Source of the DNA: the human T2T-CHM13v2.0 reference genome, Homo sapiens
Assembly: GCF_009914755.1 (NCBI RefSeq)
Contig: NC_060941.1
Strand: one strand, 5' to 3'
DNA: 64,000 nt
Below are positions 1-64,000 of this stretch, piece by piece (position 1 is the stretch's first letter; each line of letters begins with the position of its first letter). The notes beneath the pieces were generated by a model. That model was not told where the DNA came from, searched no databases, and saw only the letters and a program-made list of their open reading frames with translations. A program made the position numbers and the translations under genes.

Positions 1-145
1 CCCTCTGACCCAGCTTCACCTCATGGACAACCCTTCTTGGTTCATCTCCAGCCCGTGAGCTGGTCCTGCTTCCTCCCTTCCATGCCCTAACTTTTAATAT
101 GCTTGTTCAGCTCTAATAAAGTAATAAAGCTTGGTTGTCAGTATA
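1..145 (+). other. TUBG2: 3' UTR end of the upstream + strand gene (probably TUBG2)
   Basis: Tandem AATAAA (115-120, 123-128) followed by GU-rich sequence. No coding sequence is in the window; the identity is inferred only from the known gene order TUBG2-PLEKHH3-CCR10-CNTNAP1-EZH1. Confidence 0.55.
115..128 (+). terminator. Tandem polyadenylation signals AATAAAGTAATAAA
   Basis: Seen directly, with TTGGTTGTC downstream. Confidence 0.75.
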
Positions 146-1264
146 GCCAGGGCTTGATCTGTGAATACGGGGGGGTGGTGAAGGGGTCCAGTTTCTAGGC
201 ATCTGACAGTAGGGTGGCCTTCACCTCCTCCAACGTCTTATCACTTAGTCCAAATCTTAGTGTGTTCACTGTTTCCATTGGCATCCCTCACCTTGAACTA
301 GGCTGTTTAGTATTACTAGAGTCAGCCCTTGTCTCAAGATTACAGAGCTTTACTGAGGTTTGCTGTCTCCTCAGCGCCTAAGCTTTGCCCCAGTGAGGGT
401 CAATGTTGCCCCAACCTCTTCCACTCAGGGCAGAGGAGGTGGGGTCTACTGAAGGAGGGCACACTACATTCTGAGCAGGCCAGGAGAGCCAAGGTTCCAG
501 ATTCCCAGTGCCCAGGGCCATGAGAGTTCCAGGAACTCAATCCAGTTCAACCCAACCTGATAAGTAGAAACAGAATTCAAGAGTAGGGCTGAGCACATCC
601 TGAGTTACTTTTCTGTGCCAGAGAAATTCGTGGGTTTGTTATCTGCCCCAAGCTTCTCTCCATTCTAGGCCCAAAGCATTAGGCACACCAATGATGGGCC
701 CAGAGGTGGACAACGAGTAAGAAATGGGCAGTGCCAGATCTGATGACTCACTGCCCTCCAGCCTCAGGGATTCCAGGAGGCCATCTGTATGCCACTCAGT
801 GGAGAAGGGAGGGTGAGTAACTGCCAGCTTCCAATGAGGCCTGTTTGCCTGCTCCACCCACAAACCTGTGGCAGCACACTGGCCAGGAGGAGGTTAAGTC
901 TGGAAGGTCAAGGAGGGGGAGGGTGAAGCACTGTGGTGTCCAGACTTCCCCCAGAGCCTGGTAAAAGCCCAGGGTGTGGGCATCCCCAGAGGCGGGGCTC
1001 TGCGTTATGGGGTTCCAACTTGTCCCACTGAATAACACTCCCACAGGAAGGGTTTGTGTAAATAAGAAACTTTTTTTTTTTTTTGCTTCTCTTCTACAAA
1101 TAAATTAAGAAACAAACTAGAAAATTACCCACACCCATTGTAGCCCTTGGGTGTGGGATGTGCCCTGTCCCTGCAGGGCCAAAAGGGTCCATGTTTCCCT
1201 CAAATCTCAGAGCAGTCCTGGCCCAGGCTGCAGGCAGGAGGGAAGTCGTGACCTCTTGGCAGGC

Positions 1265-9701
<8,437 letters not shown>

Positions 9702-10724
9702 CCGGGCGAGGAGCTGCGGATGGGGGCGCGGGCAGCCGCGGCCGAGCAGTAGGGGGTCGGAGGAACTGGCGGGGCTCCGACCCGAGCAGGGGAAAGATGA
9801 GGTGGGAGGAGCAGAAGGGAGAAGAGGACAGGGAGGAGGCAGTGTCCTGGGCTGGGGTGCAAGGGGACGCTAGCCAGACGCTGAGGGGGGCTCAGTGTCT
9901 GGGCCCCCGGAGGGGGGAGGGGGAAAAGCGTCCAGGGCCCCGGGAGAGGAGGGAGCAATGTCCGGAGCTGGGAAGTAGTGTCCGTTGGAGTGTCCAGCCC
10001 TGTGGGGGGCAGTGTCCGGTGCAGCGTCCGAGGTGGGCAGTTGTCCAAGCTCCAGGGAGGGTCGTGTCCGGTAGGGCGTCCGGTGGCCGGGGCCCGGGCC
10101 GCGCGCGCTGCGCTCCCTGCAGCCCCGGGACTGGCGCGCTGGGGGCGCGAGCACAGAGCTGGGACCCCGCCCCCCCGGCCCCCTCCCTCCCGGGGGGCCC
10201 CCCCTCTCTCTTCTTTCTCTCCTCCCTTCTTTACTAGGCAGGGTCCAGGTTTCGTCACAGTCTCCTCTGTCCAATCCCTGTGCCTGGCGCCGGGCGCGGC
10301 TACCAATCAGACGGCTGAAACCGCGTTGGGTTGCATCATGTGCCCCTGGCTTGGTGACAGCGGGGAGGGGCGGGGAAACAGGGAGGGAGGGGACGAGGCT
10401 ATGTTAGCCACGCCCCAGTCTCTGAGGTCGGACGCGGGGTGCTAGTGACGTCACGGAAGCCCGCCTTCAGGCTCTTGTTTTAACTCTTGGCTCACCAACC
10501 AATTAAAAACCCTGTTGAGGAGTTTTGGCACAGGACAGAGGAAAACCCAACTGCCGCTCTCTGAACCCCTGTCTCGTCTCAGGGTCCCTGAGAAAGGGAA
10601 ACGCCTTGGCTACTAAGAGGATGTCCAGACCTGCGAGGACACAGCTCTGGAGGTGGCCCTCCACGTCTGGGGAGAAGGAGTCCAGTTTCTCCAGTTTCTC
10701 GGTCTGATTCAGCTCTCCCCCACC

Positions 10725-11027
10725 CTTTTTTTTTTTCTTCCAGACAGGGTCTCGCTGTCTTGCCCAGGCTGGGGTGCGGTGGAGCCATTATAGCTTACTA
10801 CAGCCTCGAACTCCTCGGCTCAAGGGATCCTCCCACCTCAGCCTCTCCAGGAGCTGGGACTACAGGCGTACACCACCATGCCTGGCTAATTTTTTAAATT
10901 TATTTTTTGTAGAAATGGAGTCTCACTATGTTGCCCAGGCTGGTCTTTAACTCCTGGGCTCAAGCGATCCTCCCAGCTTGGCTTCCCAAAGTGCTGGGAT
11001 TACAGGTATGAGCCACTGCACTCGGCC
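10725..11027 (-). mobile_element. Alu (J-like)
   Basis: Diverged Alu consensus. Confidence 0.9.
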
Positions 11028-11229
11028 TCACCTCCTTTTCGAGGTGAAGGAGTTGAGGCAGGCACTCTGGGAAGGTGCAGACCTAGGCCGGAAATAAAAT
11101 CGAATATAGAGCTCACAGCTCACCGAACTCAGCTGGGGAGACTGACTTGGATTCTAAGGAATTCTGTGGTCTCCGAATACAGTGGAGGCCTCTTAGGGCT
11201 AATATCCTGCGGCTCTGTATAGGAAGGGG

Positions 11230-11620
11230 TTAACTCAGGCGCTAGGCGGCCGGGGCGGGGCCGCGGCCTCCGCGGGCGCGCGCGCGCGTTGCTGACTCAG
11301 CGGCGATTCCAGAGATCTTGGATGGAGGGTTCCAGGTCGGTCCCCAGTGGCTGGCGTGTGGGACCCTTTGAGGATCGGCGCCGTCTCCGGGCCTTCCCTG
11401 GATCCTGGCCCCTAGAGGCCGTGGGGGACCCCTTTTCGCCGCTGCTGCGGGAGGCTCTGAGGACTGCTAGCCTGGGCAGGGCTGGGCTGGGCGGGGAGGG
11501 GCGGGGAAGGGCGGGACGGGCGGGGCCGTCAGGCCAGCACCTCCCTTGAGACCTCCTCGCCACGCCCCGCCCTTCTCGACCCTAGACTCCAGGCTGGAGC
11601 GGTGGGGACAGCTTTGCTGA
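11230..11620. promoter_or_regulatory. Small orphan CpG island / enhancer between PLEKHH3 and the CCR10 3' end
   Basis: GC boxes, (GC)6 run at 11276-11288, MARE/AP-1 TGCTGACTCAGC at 11290-11301. Confidence 0.55.
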
Positions 11621-12571
11621 CCGATATTAAACCGCGAGAACTGTCGCACGTGAACACCATCCTGCCCGTTGTGATTGTGTAAAACAAAGACCAGGAATCA
11701 ATGCGAGCGTGTCTAGGAGGCCATCTCGGCCGTGGCCTCTCTCCACATGAGAGTGGCCTGTACTGAGAGATTACCTAGGAATGGAGATACCACAACCATC
11801 TTCCAGGTCTGGATCCCAGGCCCTTGCCTGCAGAGAAGTTTTTTCCCATATCCAACCTCTCTCTTTCCGGCCAGCTCAGTGCATTTCCTCTGACCCAGTC
11901 CCCAGAGAAGATGGAGAACAGCAAATATCCCTCACCCCCACCACACCCGTGATAACTACTCTGGAAATTTGCAGATTGCAATCCCTCCTAGGTTTTTCTT
12001 CAAGGTGGAAAAACTTCAACTCAAATTTTACAATTCATTTTTTCATTTTTTCTTTCCATCACAGACACTAGGAAGGGATTGTAAAGTGGTTATGAAATCC
12101 AAACGCCCACCAAAAACGGGAATCCCCTGCCCCTCCCCCTCCCCCCACACCACGCAAAGGCCCACAGCGTCCCCGACAGTCTGAACATTCCAATAGCGGG
12201 AACTCAGTATTTGCTAAGGCAGCCATTACTGGAGAGCGCTCTGGTTGTTAGAAAGCTCTTCCTTACAGTATTGCAAGAGGAACCACCGCCCCTCCTTGCC
12301 TGGCAGCTTTCCCACCTCACCTCTGTTGGCTGAGGCCAGGTGACGGTGGAGGGGGTGTCAGTGGCTAGAGCTTTAGCAGACTCAGCAGCCCCCCACCCCC
12401 ACCCAGGCCCTCAGCGTCTTCCACTCAGAGAGCCAAGCGCGGGGCAGGGCGGGGGGTGGGGCGGGGGCGGGGTGTTAACCCACCGGTTCTGCCCCGCCAC
12501 AAATCACTTCCAAGTCGGTGACTCAAAAATAGTAACAGTTGTTGGGTTGCATCTCATTTCCATGTTATCAA

Positions 12572-12577
12572 TTTAAT
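12572..12577 (-). terminator. CCR10 polyadenylation signal ATTAAA
   Basis: TTTAAT on the + strand, about 110 nt after the CCR10 stop codon. Confidence 0.7.
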
Positions 12578-12689
12578 GTGGCAAGGCACAGAGGTAGTCC
12601 CTTTAGGTCCCTGCCTCTTTCTCAGTGTTCCCCCACCTACTCCCCTTTCCCACGACCCTCAGCCTGCCCCCTCCTCTAGATTCGCAGCC

Positions 12690-14960
12690 CTAGTTGTCCC
12701 AGGAGAGACTGTGGGTCTCCGTGGGAGCTGAGCAGGAAGAAAGGCGGGGCCGGCGGGGGCAGCCGCGGCGGGGTTGAGGCCCTGAGGGGCAGCTCCCACC
12801 CCGTAGCAGCCTCCGCAGGTCCTGGCGGAAGCGCAGGCCCAGGAAGGCGTAGAGAACGGGATTGAGGCCACAGCGGGCGAGGGCCAAGCCGCTGGTCACC
12901 AGCAGTGCGACATCCTTGCGTTTGCTGGCAGGGCAGCTCCGCTCGCGCGCAGCCAGTAGATCGGCAGTATCCAGCAGCAGGGCGAGGCTGTAGGGCAGCT
13001 GCAGCACCACGAAGGCCGCCACCAGAGCCACCACGACGCGCAGCGCACGCCGGCGCTCGGGCCCCCTGGCGGCCAGCAGCGTGCGGCCCAGAAGCGCGTA
13101 GCAGGCTACCATGACGCCCAGCGGCAGCGCGAAGCCCAGGGCCACCTGCGCCACGGCGCTCGCCCCCTTCACCGTCTGCGTGAGGCCCTCGGGGAAGATG
13201 AGGCGACAGCGTCGTTGGCCTTCCCGCTGCCCATCCTGGCTGAAGAGCAGCGCAGGCAGCGCCAGGAGCAGTGACAGCAGCCACACGATGACGGAGACCA
13301 AGTGTGCGCGGCCGGGAGTGGAGGGCCGCGGCCCGGCTGGGAGCGCTCGCGCGATGGCCACGTAGCGGTCGGCGCTGATACAGGCCAGGAAGAGGAAGCC
13401 GGCGTGGAAGGAGGCCGAGTAGAGGCCAGAGATGGTGCGGCAGGTGGCACTTCCCAGACTCCAGCCCTGAAGAGCCCCTGCTGCCGCGAAGGGCAGAGTC
13501 AGGGCCAGCAAGAGGTCGGCCAGGGCCAGCTGGAGCAGGTGGGCAGAGGTGGGCGAGCGCGCTGCGCGTCGGGCTGCCAGGTGGGTGGCCAGGACCAGGC
13601 CATTGCCGGCCAGACCCAGCGCAGCCACGGTCAGGGAGACACTGGGTTGGAAGGCCCGGCTGAAGGCCTGGACATCGGCCTTGTAGCAAAGCTCCGGCAG
13701 TGGCTCAGCCGAGTATGCGTCCTCTTCATCCCCAGAGTAATGGCCCCAGGAAACCTGGGAGGGTCAAATGAGAGGCGGGATCTTATGAGACACATCTGAC
13801 CACACAACTCCCCCGCCCACACTTGCCTTCCAAGCTGAGAGCTCCTGTGTGGCCAGATGTAACAGTACACGGGGAGACATAAGCTCTTCTCCAGACTCTT
13901 CCTAGCACACCTTCAGCAGGCCTTGGCTTCCCTTGCACCCCTCCTACCTCTGCTTCCAGCTTCCTGGGTGACCTTGAGCAAGCCACTTGCTCTTTCTAGA
14001 CCTCAGTTACCTAACCTGTAATGTTGAGATTATAAATCCTGACCAGCCCACCTCTCAAGGTTTGCTGTGAAGATGGCAATATGGAAAATAATGGATGGGG
14101 AGAACCTGTGTTCTCCAAAGGCCATAATACAAAGTTTGTATTATTATTATTATTTATTATTATTATTATTGGAGACAGAGTCTTGCTCTGTCGCCCAGGC
14201 TGGAGTGCAGTGGCACGATCTCGGCTCACTGCAACCTCCGCCTCCGGGTTCAAGAGATTCTCCTGCCTCAGCCTCCCAAGTAGCTGGGACTACAGGCGCC
14301 CACCACCACGCCCAGCTAATTTTTGTATTTTTAGTAGAGATGGGGTTTCACCATGTTGGCCAGGATGGTCTCGAACTCCTGACCTCAGGTGATCCGCCCA
14401 CCTTGGCCTCCCAAAGTACTGGGATTACAGGCCTGAGCTACCACGCCCAGCCCAAAGTTTGTATTATTAATAAATCCTACAGCTTCAGTTCCCTTTGCAG
14501 CGCCCTCTCCTGGAAGGATGCCCATATGCAGGCTTTGCCTCAGACCTGAGCCCTGGACTCCAACCTCCGTCTGGAGTGGGTTTCTGTTTCTCTTCTTTCC
14601 CTTCCATACCCACCTTCCCTGTACCTCCAATACCAGCACACTGAACCACTCATGCCAAGGGGGTCTCCAGGGTTGGGACTCAGGTTTTCAGGGCCCAGGT
14701 GGGACCCTGGACCTCTAGGTTCAACCCGCCTTTCCCCTCAGCCCTAGTCCCTGTCCCACAACCCCAGCCTCACACCACCAGCCCATTTATCTGGAGGACC
14801 CCTAGTCTGAGACAGCGCCAAGAATCCTGAATAAGCCATAGGATGGCAGAGGCCCATTGCCAGGTGGGGAATCCCATTCCTTCCCTGTCTCCTCCCTCTC
14901 TGTAACCCTTCTCCCCCTCCCTGCCCCCACTCCCACCTGCTCTGTGGCCTCCGTCCCCAT
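12690..14960 (-). CDS. CCR10: C-C chemokine receptor type 10 (class A GPCR), 362 aa
   Basis: Exon 1 14960-14937 (MGTEATEQ) plus exon 2 13754-12690 = 1089 nt. Seven hydrophobic segments; motifs GN, LALADL, DRYVAIA, LPY and LNPVLYAF. Confidence 0.97.
14140..14452 (-). mobile_element. Alu (S-like) in the CCR10 intron
   Basis: Alu consensus; TSD CAAAGTTTGTATTATTA. Confidence 0.93.
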
Positions 14961-32047
<17,087 letters not shown>

Positions 32048-33105
32048 GTCAGAAGGGCTTCTGGGACCAATTCCAGCTCCTGACATTCCCCCAGTCCTGC
32101 CTCTCCCCCATCCTATCAGGGACATTTGGCTCCTCTTAGCTGGCTCTGCTCATCCAGAGGATATTCCCCCATCCCCCCCCCATCAAGTTTGGTGGGCAGA
32201 GCTACAGATGGGACCCAAGGGAGTGGCCGAGCCTCACTGCCTAAACCAATGCCCTTCTCATCCCTGTTTCCCCAGGCTCCTGGCTGTTTATCTGCCCCAA
32301 AGGAGAAGCCTCATGGGGTTGACATAGGTCCTTTCTGCCATCTCTGTTCCAGCTGCTGTCAGGGATTAACAACAGAGTGTAGGGGAGATTAACTGCCTCC
32401 CTTCCAATAGACACTATCAGCAGGGACAGATGTGTGGGAGTGCAGGGCTGCAGAGGGTATGGGGGGAGGAGGCTGCTAAACCCTATCCCCCAGCCTCCCC
32501 CCTGCCCTGAAGATCTTCCATTTGCTTCCACTCAGCTGGAGGCTCAAGAGGGCTTGATGGCTGTCCCCTGCCCCCCTCCTTTTGTTTTGTACACAGAGAC
32601 CAAGAGGCCTCAGTTTAGCACCTTAGTACCTCCGCTGCTTCACTTGCTTTAGCCAAAGCCATAAAAAACCTGCAACGTAGAGAAAATAATGCAGATACCC
32701 TGACTAGCCAGCCCTCTACTCCTCCAACCTTTTCCAAGATATGCAATGGCCTTTGTGCCTGCCCAAAGGCTTCGCCCCCTCCAGTGCATGAGGAACCCTC
32801 TTTCCTCCGCTCAGAGATGCTGCTTCATTTACCCAGGAGGTCATATTCTTTATATATATTTTTTGTTGCAAAGTGTCTCTCTAGAGAAACTCTATATATT
32901 ATTCGAATTTTTAAATTATTTGTTTATATATAAAAGAAAAGCTCAATTGGCTGTGCTGTCCTGTGCTGTGCTGTGCCCACAGTCTGTAGTTTGCCTTTCC
33001 TGTGTTGGAAGTGTCGTGAGTCCTGCTGGTCACCCACCAGCCTGGTCCGGCCTCCACTCTGAAGCAGGGTTGAGCCTGCTGTGCTCTCAGACGCGGAGCC
33101 GTTCC

Positions 33106-33111
33106 AATAAA
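33106..33111 (+). terminator. CNTNAP1 polyadenylation signal AATAAA
   Basis: About 1.06 kb after the stop codon; followed by GU-rich TGTGTGTGGT. Confidence 0.85.
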
Positions 33112-33424
33112 GCAGAGTGGCAGAGCCCCAGTCTGTGTGTGGTAGCTGGCGTCGTGGTTAGGGGATAAGTGGGATGATTTTAAGGGAACTAATCTGAGGG
33201 CTCAGGAATTTCTAGAAGGAGCTCTCAGAATCCTTGCATCACCTTCCAGGGACTTGACTGACTGGCTCTTGCCAGAACCCCCATCTCCCCCTTTCCCAGA
33301 TCTCAGTGGGTAAGTGGGGATCAGAATGCTGATGCTTCGGCCCAACCTGCTCCTGGACCCCATCCCTGGATCCTTCCAGCCCCAAAGCACACAGTACACA
33401 ACTTGCCAAAATGGATTCTAACAC

Positions 33425-33474
33425 TTTATTAAGAGGTCACAAGCCACAGGACTTTAAAGTGCATGAAATTTATT
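33425..33474 (-). terminator. EZH1 polyadenylation signals (two AATAAA)
   Basis: TTTATT on the + strand at 33425-33430 and 33469-33474, ending a 3' UTR of about 2.3 kb. Confidence 0.85.
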
Positions 33475-35668
33475 GGCAATGAAGCCGCATGTATACCAGG
33501 CTCCCCTAGTCCCCACCACCTTGCCCCATCCATCATGACGTGGTGGGGAGGGGTTGAGACCCATCTTTAAAAGTGGGGGACAGCAGGGACAAAGGATGGG
33601 AAACTGGAGGAACAGGAGTATTCATGAACTGAAGCTGGGACAGGAGACTGACCACAGTGATTCTGCTCACTGAAGGAAGGGTGGGGTCAGTCTAGTCTCT
33701 CAAAGGCTGGTGAAAAGTTTTTTTTCACCTATTCCTCACAGCGAGCCCCTGGCATTTCAAATAGACCTAACTCCTCCTCTTCATCTTTCTCTGGTTTTCT
33801 CCTCTATGAGTAATTTGGAACCCACAGTCCAGCTTGAGGGTATCCCTGATATGCACAATGAATACAAACCACGGCGGATGCAGATTTCAGGATCATGCTG
33901 GGGCCTGGCCCATTTGGGTGGGAGGAGCTTTCTGTCAGGAGTTGCTGGGTGCGGGGTACGTGTGTGCCCTCCAGTGTGGTGAGTGAGAGCATGTGAGTGT
34001 GTGTGCATGTCCCATACCAAACCGTAAGAGGCAGCTGGGTCAGGAGGAACCCCACTTCTTCCTTCATGGGACAACAAGTGGAGTGGGAAGAAGCGGGGCT
34101 CTGAGTCCCAGAAAGAAGGGAGAAGCCTGCTCCCTACTGTAACACTCCCAGGCCAATCTATACCCGCCCACACCCTTTCTACTCAACATACTGCTCCTTG
34201 TTCCCAGCCAGCCCGGCACACCCACCATGGACACAGGGCAGCTCTTGCTGGCCCCATTCACATGAAATTCTTCTGTGTGAAACTCACTCGTCTGCCTCTC
34301 CCAGGAGATGAGACAGGACTGGAGGAGAATCTCCCACCCTCTCTTCTTCCCCCTCCCTCAGGAGTGGGATTTAGGCAGGGACCCTAGAGACCTTAGGCCA
34401 AACTCTACCCCAATCTATAGACCTTTTAAAAGAAATGGTTAAAGTGCTTTGCTCTGCATGAATGCCAGAGAGGGTGGCACCACAGCCTGGGACAGGTGGT
34501 CTACCTGCTTCTTCTCCCACTTCAGATACCCTCTGCCAGTGTGCCCTGCACACGGGGTGCCAGCCTAAACGCGTGCAATTTAGCCCCTCACCAACCTTGG
34601 AACATATTCTAACTCACCCTTTCCAAACAGCAGGCACTACAGACAGGAAAGCAGATTACACCAATCTTTCTCCTCTCTAGTCCAAGCCTGTGCCCACCTA
34701 CCCTGAAGCGATAAGCAACACTGGCCATTGGGCCTTGCCTCTATGGGGAATGGAAGGCCTGAAAACACCCACAAATCCAGCGAGCCAGGATGCTCACACC
34801 TGCCAGGCATACCCCTAATGCTTCTTCAATAGCAGCATAATGCTTGCCTGCAGCTGCTAAGCCAGAACTTTGGAGGAGCTGGAGCACTGGTGTCTGTTCC
34901 CAGGAATCTGAAAACACTTCTCCATCTATCTCCAGAGTACACAGAGAAGGCTTTCTCAAAGCCTCCTGGGCCCAAGCTTAGCAGTTTAACTACTATCATC
35001 TGGCTGGTTCTCCCTCTCTGGCTAAGGAAGGATGGCGTAGCTTTCCTTCCCCCAGCCTTGAATGCCTGTACTTAGAACCCACACTCTTTCAGTTTGAGCC
35101 CTGCCACGAGGGAGGAGGTAGTAAGGTGACCTGTCTACCTCTGAGTTCAGTCTGTGCTGCCTGCCAGGCTCGCCTCTAACCCAGACCACTTGTAGGCTCC
35201 AGGGACCACACTTCACTTAGCCTGTCCTCTCCAGGTCTTAGGACCACAGAGGTTTGCCTGCATCCCAATAACATAAGGACTCTTGATGTGGAAAGCTACA
35301 ATTACAGGCTAGCGCTTGTTGGGAACTGCCTAAGTTGATTCCTGAGGCCACAGCCTGGGGAGCCGACACGAAATCACGCATAAGTCATCCACCCCAGCCT
35401 GTGCTCGCTTCTTCTGAGGCCAGAGAAACAGTCTCCCATTTCTGTAACTCTCTGTCCTGGGAGACCAAGCCCTAGCTGCCTCTGTCTCCCCTCTCATTGA
35501 GACAGTTTTGTGCCCTCTGGACATGGCAGAGGCCTCACTACAGAGGGAGTGGGTTGGGGGGTTTCTCAGTGTGGGAGACACAGTGCAGGAGACTCGAGCA
35601 GCAGTGGTGTGAGCACGAAAGCCAAGACAGTGCCGCTACCATAAGTGCTGCCGTGGGGCCTGGGAGGG

Positions 35669-63933
<28,265 letters not shown>

Positions 63934-64000
63934 AAGAAGTATGTATTCTAATATACTTTACCTACCTTATAGAATGCAAGGGGAAGTGTTGGGTTTTACA

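Noticed and set aside
12676-13689. 337-codon alternative frame overlapping CCR10
   Set aside because: TTG start and no ATG. High GC3 in CCR10 removes stop codons from this shifted frame, and the product is low complexity.

Overview
Human (primate, Alu-rich) genomic DNA, recognisable from its encoded proteins as the 17q21 cluster. It holds the extreme 3' end of an upstream + strand gene (probably TUBG2, inferred from gene order only) and four genes: PLEKHH3 (-, 13 coding exons, 793 aa), CCR10 (-, 2 coding exons, 362 aa), CNTNAP1/Caspr (+, 24 exons, 1384 aa) and EZH1 (-, 19 coding exons, 747 aa; its non-coding 5' exons and promoter lie beyond the window). I spliced all four CDSs by hand; exon phases close and the lengths match the proteins as I remember them. 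Features the ORF track misses are a full-length RPL34 processed pseudogene with target-site duplications, the MIR6780A mirtron, two GC-AG introns, about 50 Alus, and MIR/L1 relics. I found no wholly new gene system. The best leads are RNA-level inferences that need data: (1) a UG-repeat array with three CAG|GTGA dual splice sites just before the last CNTNAP1 exon; (2) an inverted-Alu-flanked, AUG-containing EZH1 exon 3-4 circle predicted to encode 104 aa; (3) weak GC donors and cryptic exons that would give truncated CNTNAP1 or SET-less EZH1.
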